A DNA stretch of 64,000 nucleotides from the human T2T-CHM13v2.0 reference genome, Homo sapiens. The translations under genes and the position numbers were made by a program. Where the stretch lies: assembly GCF_009914755.1 (NCBI RefSeq), contig NC_060932.1. One strand, 5' to 3'. This document shows, piece by piece, positions 1 to 15,473 of this stretch (position 1 is its first letter; the number at the start of each line of letters is the position of its first letter). The notes beneath the pieces were generated by a model. It did no database searches and was not told where the DNA came from. It saw nothing but the letters and a program-made list of their open reading frames with translations.

Positions 1-103
1 GGCAATGTGATAGTGTTAAGAGGTAGGGCCTTTAAGAGGTGATTGGGTCGTGAGAGCTCTTCCTCTCATGAATGGGACTAAGGCCCTTATGAAAGAGGCT
101 TCA

Positions 104-413
104 GGCCACGTGTGGTGGCTCACACCTGTAATCTCAGCACTTTGGAAAGCCGAGGCAGATGGATCACTTGAGGTCAGGAGTTTGAGACCATCCTGGCCAA
201 CATGGCAAAACCCCGTCTCTACTAAAAATACAAAAATTAGCCAGATGTGGTGGCACATACCCATTGTCCCAGCTACTTGGGAGGCTGAGACCGGAGAATG
301 TCACTTGAACCTGGGAGGTGGAGGTTGCAGTGAGCTGAGATTGCACCACTGTACCACTGTACTCCAGCCTAGGTGACAGAATGAGACTCCATCTCAAAAA
401 ATAAATAAATAAA
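104..413 (+). mobile_element. Alu (AluS-like)
   Basis: Dimeric Alu with A tail; TSD aaagaggcttca/aaagaggtttca. Confidence 0.95.
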
Positions 414-451
414 AAAGAGGTTTCACACAGTGTTTGCTTCTCTTGCCCTTA

Positions 452-2024
452 TGTGTCCAGAATAGGTGGGTTCTTGGTCTCACTGACTTCAAGAATGGAG
501 CCGCGGACCCTCACGGTGAGTGTTACAGTTCTTAAAGATGGTGTGTCCGGAGTTTTTTCCTTCTGATGTTCAGATGTGTTTGGAGTTTCTTCCTTCTGGT
601 GGGTTCATGGTCTTGCTGCCTTTAGGAGTGAAGCTGCAGACCTTCGCGGTGAGTGTTACAGCTCTTAAGGTGGCGCATCTGGAGTTGTTCATTCTTCCCG
701 TCTGGAGTTATTCATTCCTCCCGGTGGGTTCGTGGTCTCGCTGGCCTCAGGAGTGAAGCTGCAGACCTTCGCGGTGAGTGTTACAGCTCATAAAAGCAGT
801 GTGGACCCAAAGAGCCAGCAGCAGCAACATTTACTGCAAAGAGTGAAAGAACAAAGCTTCCACAGTGTGGAAGGGGATCCGAGCGGGTTGCCGATGCTGG
901 CTCGGGCAGCCTGCTTTTATTCCCTTATCTGGCCTAAGCCACATCCTGCTGATTGGTCCATTTTACAGAGAGCTGATTGGTCCATTTCACAGAGACCTGA
1001 TTGGTCCGTTTTGACAGGGTGCTGATTGGTGCATTTGCAATCCCTGAGCTAGACACAGAGTGCTGATTGGTGCATTTACAATCCTCTAGCTAGACATAAA
1101 AGTTCTCCAAGTCCTCACCAGATTAACTAGACATGGAGCACTGATTGGTGCATTTACAAACGTTGAGCTAGACATAGAGTGCTGATCGGTGTATTTACAA
1201 ACCTTGAGCTAGACACAGAGTGTTGATTGGTGTATTTACAATTCTTTAGCTTGACATAAAGGTTCTCCAAGTCCCCACCAGATTAGCTAGGTACAGAGTG
1301 CTGATTGGTGCATCCACAAAACCCGAGCTAGACACTAAGTGCTGATTGGTGCATATACAATCCTCCGGCTAGACATAAAAGTTCTCCCAGTCCCCACCTG
1401 ACTCAGAAGGCCAGCTGGCTTCTCCTAGCAGATCCTGCACCAGAGCCGCAGGTGGAGCTGCCTGCCAGTCCTGCGCCATGCGCCTGCACTCCTCAGCCCT
1501 TGGGCAGTCGATGGGACCGGGCGCCGTGGAGCAGGGGGCTGCACTCATCGGAGATGCTTGGGCTGTGCGGGAGCCCACTGCGGGGGGGTTGGGCATGGCA
1601 GGCTGCAGGTCCCGAGCCCTGCTTCACAGGAAGGCGGCTGAGGCCCAGTGAGAATTCGAGAATGGCGCAGGCAGGCTGGCAGTGCTGGGGGACCTGGCGC
1701 CCCCTCTGCAGCTGCTGACCCAGGTGCTAAGCCCCTCACTGACCAGGGCTGGTGGCGTCTGCCAGTGGCTCCAAGTGCGGGGCCCACCAAGTCCATGCCC
1801 ACCTGGAACTTGCGCTGGCCCGCGAGCACCACGCGCAGCCTGCTGCTCTCCCTCCACACTTCCTCGCAAGCAGAGGGAGCTGGCTCTGGCCTTGGCCAGC
1901 CCAGAGAGGGGCTCCCACAGTGCAGCGGCAGGCTGAAGGGCTCCTCAAGGGTGGCCAGAGTAGACGCTGAGGCCGAGGAGGTGCTGAGAGCAAGCGAAGG
2001 CCACCAGCACATTGTCACCTCTCA
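452..2024 (-). mobile_element. LTR12-family (ERV9) solo LTR
   Basis: Reverse complement starts TGAGAGGTGACA and ends GGACACA; tandem ctgattgg/gagctagacacagagtg repeats at about 950-1380; perfect 4-bp TSD ctta (448-451, 2025-2028). Confidence 0.95.
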
Positions 2025-2242
2025 CTTACACCTTCTGCCATGTGAGGACACAGCATTTCTCCCTTCTGGGGATGCAACAACAATGCACCATCTTGGAAGC
2101 AGAGAGCAGCCCTCATCAGACAACTGAACTAGTAGCACCTTGATTTTGGACTTCTTAGTCTCCAGAATTGTGAGAAAATAAATTTATCTTCTCTATAAAT
2201 TACCCAGTCTCAGGTATTTTGTTATAGCAGCATAAATAGACT

Positions 2243-2669
2243 ATCTTAGGCCATTCTTGCATTGCTTTAAATAAATACCTGAGACTGGGTAATTTATATG
2301 GAAAAGAGATTTAATTACCTTACAGTTCTACAGGCCTTATGAGAGGCATGGTGCTGATGTCTGCTCAGCTTGTGCTGAGGCCTTAGGAAGCTTACAGTCA
2401 TGGCAGTAAGTAAAGTAGGAGCAGGCACTTCACATGGTGAAAGCAGGAACAAGAGAGAGAGTTGGCAGGGAGGTCCCACACAGTTCTAAATGACAAGATC
2501 TCATAACAACTCACTCACTGTCACAAGAATAGCACCAAGGGGATGGTGCTAACCCATTCATGAGAAATCTACCCCTGTGATCCAATCACCTCCCACCAGG
2601 ACTCACCTCCAACATTGGGATTTACAATTCAACATGAGATTTGGGTGGAGACAAATATATAAATTACAT
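2243..2669 (-). mobile_element. MST-family MaLR LTR
   Basis: aaatacctgagactgggtaattta...tccaatcacctcccaccagg...attcaacatgagatttgggtggagaca. Confidence 0.85.
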
Positions 2670-2692
2670 CGCAGGCTGAGACAAACACTCTC

Positions 2693-4976
2693 TAGTATGG
2701 TTTGGCTCTGTCCCCCCCCCAAATCTTATCTTGAATTGTACTCCCATAATTCCCACATGTTGTGGGAGGGACCTGGTGGGAGATAATTAAATCATGGGGA
2801 TGGTTTCCCCCATACCGTTCTCGTGATAGTGAATAAGTCTCATGAGATCTGATGGTTTTATCAGGGGTTTCCGCTTTTGCATCTTCCTCATTCTCTCTTT
2901 GCCTGCTGTTATCCACATAAGATGTGACTTGCTTCTCCTTGCCTTCAGTCATGATTGTGAGGCTTCCCCAGCCACGTGGAACTGTAAGTCCAGTTAAACC
3001 TCTTTCCTTTGTAAATTGCCCAGTCTCAGGTATGTCTTTATCAGCAGCATGAAAATGGACTAATACAGTAAATTTGTACGAGTAGAGTGGGGTGCTGCTG
3101 AAGAGATACCCCAAAATCTGGAAGAGACTTTGGAACTGGGTAACAGGCAGAGGTTGGAATAGTTTGGAAGGCCCAGAAGAAGACAGGAAAATGTGGGAAA
3201 GTTTGGAACTCCCTAGAGACTTGTTGAATGGCTTTGACCAAAAAGCTGATAATGATATGGACAATGAAATCCAGGCTGAGGTGGTCTCAGATGGAGATGA
3301 GGAACTTACTGGGAACTAGAGCAAATGTGACTCTTGTTATGTTTTAGCAAAGAGACTGGTGGCATTTTGCCCCTGCCCTAGAGATTTGTAGAATTTTGAA
3401 CTTGAGAGAGATGATTTAGGATATCTGGTGGAAGAAATTTCTAAATAGCAAAGCATTCAAGATGTGACTTGGGTGTGTTGAAAGCATTCAGTATTAAAAG
3501 GGAAACAGAGCATAAAAGTTTAGAAAATTTGCAGCCTGACAATGAGGCAGAAATTTACTTAAGCAACAAGGCACAGAATGTTAATCCCTAAGACAATGGG
3601 GAAAATGTTTCTAGGGCATGTCAGAGGTCTTCATGGCAGCTCCTCCCATCACAGGTCTGGAGGCATAGGAAGAAAAAGTGGTTTCATGGGCCAGGTCCAG
3701 CTTCCCTGAGCTGTGTGCAGCCAAGAGACTTGATGCCCTGCGTTCCAGCTGCTCCAGCCATGGCTGAAAGGGCCAACGTAGAGTTCAGACCATGTCTTCA
3801 GATGGTGCGAGCCCCAAGCCTTGGCAGCTTCCATGTGGTGTTGAGCCTGTAGGTGCACAGAAGTCAAGAATTGAGGTTTTGGAACATCTACCTAGATTTC
3901 AGAAGATGTATGGAAATGCCTGGATGCCCAGGTAGCAGTTTGCTGCAGGGGTGGGGCTCTCATGGAGAACCTCTGCTAGGGCAGTGCAGAAGGAAAATGT
4001 GGGGTCAGAGCCCCCACACAGAGTCCCTACTGGGGCACTGCCTAGTGGAGCTGTGAGAAAAGGGCCACTGTCCCCCAGACAGTGAAGCTGTCATAATCCA
4101 CCGACAGCTTGCACTGTGCACCTGGAAAAGCCGCAGACACTCAACACCAGCCCATGAAAGTGACTGGGAGGGAGGCTGTACCCTGCAAAGCCACAGGGGC
4201 AGAGCTTCCCAAGACTATGGGAACCTACCTTTTCATCAATGTGACCTGGATGTGAGACATGGAGTCAAAGGAGATAACTTTGGAGCTCTGAGATTTGACT
4301 GCCTCTCTGGATTTCTGATTTGCGTGGGGCCTGTAGCGCTTTTGTTTTGGCCAATTTCTCCCACTTGGAATGGCTCTATTTACCCAATGTCTGTATCCCC
4401 ATTGTATCTAGGAAATAACTAGCTTCCTTTGATTTTACAGGCTCATGGGCGGAAGGGACTTGCCTTGCCTCAGATGAGACTTTGGACTGTGGACTTTTGA
4501 GTTAATGCTGAAATGAGTTAAGACTTTGGGGGACTGTTGGGAAGACATGATTGGTTTTGAAATGTGAGGACATGAGATTTGGCAGGAACCAGGGGTGGAA
4601 TGATATGGTTTAGCTCTGTGTCCCCACCCAAATCTCATCTTGAATTGTACTCCCATAATGCCCACGTGTTGTGGGAGGGACCTGGTGGGAGATAATTGAA
4701 TCATGGAGGCAGTTTTACCCATACTGTTCTCATGGTAGTGAATAAGTCTCATGAGATCTTATGGTTTTATCAAGGGTTTTTGCTTTTGCAACTTCCTCAT
4801 TTTCTCTTTGCCTGCTGCCATCCACGTAAGATGTGACTTGCTCCTCTTTGCCTTCCATCATGATTGTGAGGCTTCTCCAGCCATGTGGAACTGTAAGTCC
4901 AATTAAACCTCTTTCTTTTGTAAATTGCCCAGTCTCAGGTATATCTTTATCAGCAGCATGAAAATCAATGAATACA
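2693..4976 (+). mobile_element. Full-length THE1 MaLR element (LTR 2693-3067, internal 3068-4600, LTR 4601-4976)
   Basis: Two about 375-bp direct LTRs (tgatatggtttggct...aataca) flanking a THE1-int sequence with the KIWKRLWNWVTGRGWNSLEG ORF remnant. Confidence 0.95.
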
Positions 4977-6189
4977 CTCCGCATGCAAATTGCATCCTAA
5001 AAGTGCAATTCATTTGCTATTCCCTGGGAACAGCCCATGTCACCACGTCTGGTTGCCTCCTTTTCTTTCATCTCCTACCTTTCTTGGTCCTACTAATCAC
5101 TCGAGACCCTGCTCAAGTCTCACCATCTCCATCAGAACATCCCTGCTCCTTCCAGGGGGAAGGAAACTTTCTGCCCCTGCTCTTTTGCTGTGTATCAGAA
5201 AGCTATTTACATATCTGTCAAGGCCACCTTTTCATCATGACTAGTGATCTACATCAGTCTCCCTCATGAGACTGCAAGATCCTAAAGGGAAAGTCTCCTA
5301 TATTCTGGACACACTGCCATACTCACATGCCCACACCCACACCCACGCTTGTGCTTGGCACTGGGCTTATGTGTTTTTGATGGAAGGAATCTTGGGAGCT
5401 GTGGGAAGGAATGAGGACTTGACTCTCATTTTGCGCCCTCCCCCCACTTCACATACCCTCACTAGCTTTCTCCTTCTTCTCATGCTTCCTGTCTGCTCCT
5501 GGCTTTTCAGTGGTTTGTTATAAATATGGTCACTCTTCTTATCCACATTGGGATAGATTTAAGATCGAACTTTGGCTTTTAAAAGCATATGCCTAAGACA
5601 CTGAGCTTGTAAATCTACCCTGGTTAAACATGTGACAAGTGTTGTAAAGCAAATGTGACTGTATTTCCTTTTAGAAACTGATGTTCCTCATAAATGTCAG
5701 AACTGAAATATTTTAGGGAGTTATATTTTTACAAGAACTTTTAGAAAAGTGTTGATTATTAGCCACATTAGTCAAAGGTGCATAGGCTCAAACATCATTT
5801 GCCTATCCAAAGGGGGAGCTCAGTCTGACCTTGGTAGCTGTGGTTGCATTATAACTTCTTTTGTTCAGAGACATTTTGCTTTGAAAATGGTTTACACTTC
5901 ACTGTTCAGAAACAGAAGTAAAACTGTTCATAGAGTGGATTGAGGGTCAACGGGCTTTCCTTCTTTCTTTTTTGGTGTTAACCACAGATGTCTTTAACTG
6001 AACATGGCCTTTCTAAATGACCCTTTCAGTTTCTATAGCTACTGCTTTGTGGACTAAAGTTCAACAGTTTGTGGGTTGGCCAATTTGACTTGGTAACCCC
6101 CTAAGCACACTCTGGAACAAAGTAAAAGACATAACATCTCTGTGAAGGGATCTGCTGGAATCCAGGTAAACAATAAGCCCTGAGTTTTA

Positions 6190-6280
6190 TGACTACCAGT
6201 TAATAGTACATCTGTTCCAGGCCCTAGAACAACCAAAATGCAGCTTCTAATTATTAAAGCCACCATCTTCGTTTGTCCAA
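6190..6280 (-). pseudogene. Candidate last coding exon
   Basis: ttctctcttttacttag|T; WTNEDGGFNN*KLHF then, after a frameshift, LF*GLEQMYY* versus recalled SSGGDNAILRFTLLRGIEWLQP near the RGSL1 C-terminus. Confidence 0.55.
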
Positions 6281-7070
6281 CTAAGTAAAAGAGAGAACGT
6301 TAACCTTTCTGTCACTTCCAGGACATCAAAAAAGCAATTCCCTCTCCCTCTTCTTTTCTCCATCAAACCAGGAAGGAAAAAGAAAAGAAGGAAGGAAAAA
6401 GAAAAGGAAGGAAAAAACCTGAATATTTTCTACAATCAAACAAGAGAAATTTTAACAACTTTTCAAGAATAAGTGTAATGTTTCCCAGACAAGAATCTTT
6501 AATATAGTTGAGTAAACCAGATACTCTAAACTACTCTTCTTTTAGCACTCAGCCCCCATAATGACATATTATTGAATCCACATTTTGACACTAATTATGA
6601 TAATTTTTCTAGAAGCAAAATGGAGCAGTAGTACAAGGGATGTGATGACATTCAAAGTGGTTGTGACATGTTGACTGACAGAGGACCAAAAAGGAGCATT
6701 GAAGATGGCTTTACAGGTTTAAGCCTAATGACTGGGAAAATGTGTAACCGAAGTAGGAAATCAAGAAGGGAGCTAGTTTTATGAAGCGGTTGCTTAGTTC
6801 AAGTTTAGATGTTGGGTTTGAGGTAGAGACAGCAGTATGTTCAGTGGAGGCCTACGGGGGCAGATAAAATGGAGCCTACGGGATATTGGACGTAAAGTAT
6901 AATGCCCCTTCTGGTGCTGCTCCCTAAGATATATTTTGCATAGGAAGTGCAATGGTCTTTCTTAAAATAGGGTGTATAGAGTGTTTCAGAGAGGCAAATG
7001 ATCACATATTTATGGTCTGTACTTGTCAAAAGTGAGGCCTGAAAATTTTGGGGTTTGGTAATAATGGCCC

Positions 7071-7492
7071 TGTATTAGTCATTTTTTGCATCACTATGAA
7101 GAAGTACCTGAGGCTGAGTAATTTATAAAGAAAAGAGGTTTAATTGGTTCATGGTTCTGCAGGCTGTGCACGAAGCATGGTGCCAGCATCTGCTTCTGAT
7201 TGGGACCTCAGGAAGCTTCCAATCATGGCAGAAGATGAAGCAGGATAAGGTGTATCACATGGTGAGAGTGGGAATAAGAAAGAGAAGGGGGAGGTCCCAG
7301 ACTCTTTTAAACAACCAGATCTTGAATGAACTAACCGAGTGAGAACTCACTCGTCACCATGGGGATGGCACTAAGCCATTCATGAGGAATCCAACCCCAT
7401 GATCCAATCACCTCCCACCAGGTCCCACCTCCATCATTGGGGATTATATTTCAACATGAGATTTGGAGGGAACAAACAGCCAAAGCATATCA
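7071..7492 (-). mobile_element. MSTB-like MaLR LTR
   Basis: tgtattagtc...aatttataaagaaaagaggtttaattgg...caacatgagatttggagggaaca...atatca. Confidence 0.88.
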
Positions 7493-8174
7493 GTGCCCCA
7501 AAATAAGAAATTAACACTCCATGCCAAGAAGGATAAAAACACCCAGAAGTATACCCCCAAGCCAGGAAGAAGGGAATCTAAGCTGGATAATGCTGATACA
7601 ATTCCCACAACCACACTAGGTGTTACCACCAACTTCAGAGTGAGAAAGAAGCAGCATATCCAGAATCACCTATACATTTACATTCAAGTTACTTGTTTAA
7701 TAAACTAGATGTAGTTGTCATTCTCAACAAATCCTTTGCCACATCCCTAGGTTAAGGAACCTCTCTTAAAATTATGTGAAGCTTGTGTTATACAAGGGTT
7801 GATCCCATGCACATCATCATTCAGCTGGAGGTTGAGAAGGTAAGGTTTTCAGAAGTAAAGGGAATATCTAAGTTTCTCAAATTTTCTGCATGGAGTATAA
7901 TGTGTTTATTTTAAAACACACAATTATTGAAAAAAGTTATTAACAAGAAAACTTTCTGAGCCCACAAAATAAAAATATACTTAAATAAAAAAAAATGTTA
8001 GGAGGATAGAACAAGGTGAATGCAATCCTCCTTATAATAGTGTAGTTTTGTTAAGTCAGTGTGAGCATCTGGCCTTCTTTCCAAGGGTTTCATCTCCTCA
8101 AAGAGAGTTTATCTGTACACCAGGTTGTCAAGGCAGCTGAGAAACAAGCAATAGGCTTCAAACACTGGAACTAA

Positions 8175-8572
<398 letters not shown>

Positions 8573-8605
8573 TGAGCCCAGCATTCACATTCTACTTTGG
8601 CTTAC

Positions 8606-8746
8606 ATTTTGAATACTGTTGTCCTTTCACAGATAAGGATGGTTATGAATGCATACTAGGTATGTTCATGTATGGAGTTATACGATCCACTGCTCATAAA
8701 AAGGTGTATGACCTACGTATCCATGTACAGGGAAGAAAGTATGCCT
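8606..8746 (-). pseudogene. Candidate fossil exon (141 bp)
   Basis: tctatttatgttttttaaag|AG...AAAT|gtaagc; PCTWIRRSY versus recalled FCFWKATRSY. Confidence 0.5.
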
Positions 8747-9829
8747 CTTTAAAAAACATAAATAGAGAAAGAGCTGCTCAAGGAAAAAGATCCTCCAAAA
8801 CAAACAACAATCATGAAAAATCTTGATTATTCACATTTGAATTGAAATGAAAGACCAAATGTTTTGGATTTTTCTAGGCACTCTCCCGCAAGAAAGAAAC
8901 AAATTTGAAATCCACCTGAACTGAGAGATTTACTGGAAATGTCATTGCTTTGTGCTCTGGCACTTTCTACAACGAGAGTACTTGTCAGTTGGTGGGGGTG
9001 GGGGGTGGGAGGCGAGGGGTGGGTAGCAGAAGGCTGAGGAAAGAGGATGCAGATGAAAGCAGCAACTGGCAGTGTGGATGAGAACGATGGGGCCAGGAGA
9101 TGCCTGGGAGGTGAGGAGGGCCCAGTGCTGGAAGGCAGATGGGGTCCAATTCAGGTAATGAGTCAGGAACCAGGCGATCCAACTCAACGAGCAGGCATCA
9201 CCCAAATTCTGTGGTGAGCAATGCGGTTCAATCCTGCCTTTGCCTTTTCAACTTGTGGCCTGGGCACAACGGAAAAAGGGAGATGTTGTCCTTTGGCCCT
9301 GACAACAATGCTTGAAAACTCTCAACACCAAACCTTGAGGGCAGTGGCCAAGACACAGGCTGTCTCAGCTCCTTTCTTGCCATGGATGTCTGCTGCCGTT
9401 CACATAAGCCCCTTGCAGCTGCCTGAGGTACTTGGCTAGAATTCCCACCTCCTGGGGCGCAAACCTAGTAGTTTGTGGACCCCTTGGCCTGCTTGTCTGC
9501 TCCCCTGCCTCTTCCTCTCTCTCCTCTGAGGCTGGAGCCCATCTCCCCACAAGGCCCTCCTGCTCCTCCACTCAGTGCTCTCCCATCTCTCTTTCTGACT
9601 GAATTCTCAATCCTAGCTCCTAAATCTGCACTGGATCATGAAAATGAAGATTGTGAGGTATTGCAAATTCTTCAACACTCTACATTCCTTGGAGGTGGGA
9701 ATGTGTCTGTAATGTTTGCCACACGTGTCTAGCCCCTAACAGCGTCTGCATGTGCCTGGCATGGAGGAAACACTAACAAAAGAATGAAAAATTAAAGTGA
9801 GTTGGTTATGTAGTATTTACAGAGAGTAG

Positions 9830-10141
<312 letters not shown>

Positions 10142-10399
10142 AAGGAAACAGGTTTTTAACATAGATTGAAACAAAAACATTTTTCTGCTTAATGAGAAAA
10201 TTAAAATAATGAGAAACTATGAAAAATTAAAAGAATGGAAAACCATATTTATGGTTGATTGAGATTTAAATCCCAAGTATTTCATCCTCAAGGTCCCTCA
10301 AATATGCCAAGCAGCCTCACCCTTCAAGGCCTTTGTGTTTGCTGTTCTCTCTGCCTGGAATGTCCCTCCATCAACTCTCCACATAGCTCCTGTGTTCTG

Positions 10400-11271
<872 letters not shown>

Positions 11272-11574
11272 AAAAATAATTTTTTTAATTATGAAAGAAA
11301 ATAGCCTGGTATATTTAATTTTATTGGACTTAAATACAAACTGACCTTCTGTTTACAAACATTGTGACATGGGAGTACATACTCCTCATTTTAACATACC
11401 CTTTTGATCTTCATTAACCTATTCTAAAATATGTTACTGCTTACTTACTCCACAATATTTTATCTGTCGGCTAAATAAGACAGAACAGCTGCCTCCTAGA
11501 TACATAGAATGAATCATAAAACTACATACTCAGGTTATGTGCAGCAAAAGCAGGGGTCTTCATACACACTCATG

Positions 11575-11726
11575 CTTAATCTTTAAATGCATCTTTTAAT
11601 GGGGCTTTTGACACTCAAATAGCCAAAGTGCATTTATGAATTAATGCTTTTAAAGCAGCTCACTACTCATTCATGGATAATTCTGTTGACACTTGTTTTT
11701 TTCATATCTAATGGGAAGTTTCAAGC
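11575..11726 (-). pseudogene. Candidate fossil exon
   Basis: A*NFPLDMKKQVSTELS...KALIHKCTLAI versus recalled VNVPEFQKDAILAAIT...RSVFHGAIMSV. Splice sites are degraded and the 3' boundary is approximate. Confidence 0.5.
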
Positions 11727-12315
11727 CTACTCCATGGGAAAGCATACATTGAATTTGGGGATTTATCGTGGTATCATATGTTAGACACCAGATTCTAGTC
11801 TTTGACTTCCCTGCTAAGCCAGAGAGCCCTGAAAAGTGTAAACACACTTGTCATTCCTGGGAGGTCACTGTTCAACATGGATATAAAAGGATTATAAACA
11901 AAGATCAGGATAATTGGAGCAAGGGTGGTGAGGGGTCAGGTCTGGGAAGTGATGATGATCTAGAATGCCCAGGGAAAATGGCATAGGTCATTGAACAGGG
12001 GCTGGATCCACAGAGTATTTTTAGTGTCCCAAGCAAGATTTAAACTTTTATCTTTAGTTATTAAAACATAAGGCAGAATCTCCTGCTATTTTTTCTCAAG
12101 GAAGAACTGTTACTAAAGCTTCTACAAAGAAGCCTAAGACCCCTCCCTCTCTTACCAGAAGCTAAACGTAACAAATAAGGACCCTGGTCTCTGGTCAGAA
12201 AACCATTCCCTTGGCTGGAGGAGAGTTACTCAACTTCTCTGAGCCTTGGTTTCCTTACTTGCTAAACAGAGTAATAATGTATATCATAGGTTGCCATAAA
12301 TATTAAATGAAACTC

Positions 12316-12620
12316 GCCACGGTGGCTCATGCCTGTAAGCCCAACACTTGAGAGGCTGAGATGGGAGAATTGCTTGAGCCCAGGAGTTCAAGACCAGCCT
12401 GGACAACACAGAGAGATCACACCTCTAATAAAAATGAAAAATTAATCAGGCGTGGTGATGTGTATCTTTGTTTCCAGCTATTCAGGAGCCTGAAGCAGGA
12501 GGATTGCTTGAGCCCAGGAGGTCAAGGCTGCAGTGAGCCATGACGGTGTCACCGCACTCCAGCCTGGGTGACAGAGTGACACTCTGTCTCAAAAAGAAAC
12601 CAAAAAAACAAAACCAAATG
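12316..12620 (+). mobile_element. AluJ-like, inserted in a MIR
   Basis: Alu body; flanks aaatattaaatgaaa/aaatattaaatgaga; MIR motifs ctctgagccttggtttcctt upstream and tagtaagcactca downstream. Confidence 0.88.
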
Positions 12621-13298
12621 AAGCCCTCAAAAATATTAAATGAGATAAGGTACATAAAGTGATAAGCTTGGGACTCATGATTTAGTAAGCACTCAAGAAG
12701 CTCATATTAATGTTTACTTCTTCCACATTCTTCCTGTTCCCTTACTCCTCTCTGCTTCGTTTCTCCTTCCTTTGTTTTTCTCTCACTGTAGAGCCTGATT
12801 GTAATGATTGTTTGTAAGTATTTATTGAACATCAATCCATTATCATTAAATAATAATTCAGGAGAGTCAATATGTATGTGAGGATTTACTAAACAACCCT
12901 CAGAAGCAATGGGCTAGGAGATACAGGTCGGAGACTGTGCGTTCGGTCCCCCTGATGGGTGCACACTCCCACAGTGATGCAATGCAGGGTGTTATTCCAT
13001 AGTGGGGGGCAACATAGCTTTTGGATGGCTGAAGGTGGCTGGCCTTGATAAAAAAGTAAAGGCCTACAGTAGTTGGAAGGTCTGCTCCCATTTGGAAGCC
13101 ACAGGTTCCTGGGTAAAGGTTTTCTAGAGAGGGGACATGGGAAGAGACTAGTTTTACTGCTTCTTAGAATCCCTGAGACACTGGAGAACAGGCTTTGTGA
13201 ACTCTGAAGTGGCAACTCTCTGAGGGCTGTGGCTAAGAAGAGGGCATACCAGGGAAATGCCTGTGTTCCCCAGAGGCATTCTGATCCGTTAGAGCTAG

Positions 13299-13776
<478 letters not shown>

Positions 13777-14196
13777 ATCTTCTTTATTTATGAAAGGCAG
13801 AGCTGCTGCTTCTGCCTTTAATATTCTTTTTGGCCTACCTTCTATTTGTTGTCAAGACCCACCTCTGTGCAGTCTCCCTTCATCCCCATCCCTTCCACAA
13901 GGCGCCCCTGCAGTGTGCATGGTCTTGGTACTGTGGCCTTGTGGCCCTCATCAGTCAGTGTATAATTGCTAGGACCTCTCACTCTCCTGGAAGTCTGTTG
14001 AGAGTAGAGATGGTATTCATTTCTCTAATCTCTGTGTTGCTAACACACAGCACGGTGCCTGATGCATAGAAAGTGCTTAGTAAGTGTTGGTGGAGTAAAC
14101 TAATAAGAATCTCCATCCTCCCTACATCCTCCATCTGAAAGTGAACTGTGACGGCTTCCCCCAAATAATTAAGTTGTGTTTAAAAAGCACAAACTT

Positions 14197-14551
<355 letters not shown>

Positions 14552-15171
14552 CTATTTGGCAACGAAGATTTTGTAAGGAGACTTAGCTCTTTGAAGGAAA
14601 GGGGCCATGCATGTTTTAAAAGACATTAATGATTTTGATCTGTGGTGATTGCCACATCTGTCCTCGTACTCTGCTTGTGGAGAATACAAGTATCCTTCAC
14701 TACTTAGGAAAGTGGTACAACTTTTAAATGACTAAAAATGACCCTATATTACCTTGAATTCTGGTCAGATGAAATAATTTTTAAAAGTTATTCTGACCAA
14801 GTAAAACAAATAAGATGAATTTGATTCACTTACTCTCTGTCCTCTAACAGGGGAGGAGCAACTGGTTTTTTTAAAAAGAATGTGGGCTGCCAACATTTCT
14901 TTTTTCTATCCTGAGATATATGTTCAGACATCACATGTCACATTGCCGTAGGCAGCAATTACAGAAGATGAGTCGAATACAGGTTCAGAAATGCATGCCA
15001 AAAAAAAAAAAGGTATTCACTAGGTATCAGTGGCTACTGTACTTGGCTTTTGGGAAGTCCACAGGGAGGTCCTTGCTAAGTAATTGTGAGGGTTTATTGA
15101 ACACAAAACATCATTCCTCCAACAGTTTGCTGTGCCCCTTAATTCCTTTCAAAATAAACTCTTCCACTTAC

Positions 15172-15473
15172 TCTTGTTCCAAGGCACCCCTTGCCATTGA
15201 AGATTGGCCTTCCCTGAATGATAATAGGTGGAGACAGATGAGTCTAATTTTGACCTACTTCCTAATAATGTCATCACCCAGGATTTGTCAAGTAATTGCT
15301 GAAAGTCCTAAAAAGTTTGAACAACATGGGGAAACTTCAAAGATGAGCATAAAGATATGCACTGCATACTTAATTGTTGAAATGCTTCTTATATCCCTGA
15401 GATGCCTCCAAGGAAATGTCCTTAAAATGTCACCATAAAGAGACAACATTATCACCGTCAGCAAGGAAAATTT
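15172..15473 (-). pseudogene. Fossil exon (302 bp), C-terminal RGS-like domain
   Basis: cttatgtag|AAA...CAAGA|gtaagt; TIKYAVHIFMLIFEV and DDIIRK*VKIRLI versus recalled TVNFAINDLYFFSEM and NDVILMRSKMNII. After a frameshift it ends IFNGKGCLGTR versus FLNSDIPPKLR. Confidence 0.7.

Larger units (their letters stand above)
1..2242 (+). mobile_element. MLT1A-like MaLR LTR split into pieces (1-103, 414-451, 2025-2242) by Alu and LTR12 insertions
   Basis: Typical MLT1 motifs: ggcctttaagaggtgatt, ccatgtgaggacacagc, ggacttc...ccagaattgtgagaaaataaattt, ataaattacccagtctcaggtattttgttatagcagca. Confidence 0.75.

Noticed and set aside
950-1380. Regularly spaced repeats resembling a CRISPR-like array
   Set aside because: These are the known tandem enhancer repeats of LTR12 in human DNA; there are no unique spacers or cas genes.
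520-2127. Cluster of overlapping 70-160 aa ORFs
   Set aside because: Produced by the GC-rich LTR12 sequence; no coding evidence.
7751-7839. Plus-strand AG...GT-bounded 89-bp segment (ccctag|GTTAAG...GAAG|gtaagg)
   Set aside because: Isolated, with no partner exons or homology; could be a lncRNA exon but cannot be supported from sequence alone.
15030-15171. Extending the 15.4-kb exon in the same frame (VEEFILKGIKG...VFNKP)
   Set aside because: It gives a superficial RGSL1-like alignment, but a perfect gtaagt donor at 15171 and a separate candidate exon at 11.6 kb fit better. It shows the limits of by-eye alignment.
14920-15438. 172-aa plus-strand ORF in unique DNA
   Set aside because: No recognisable protein or splice structure and it crosses a poly-A run. 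It lies antisense to the fossil RGS-like exon, which explains the region better.
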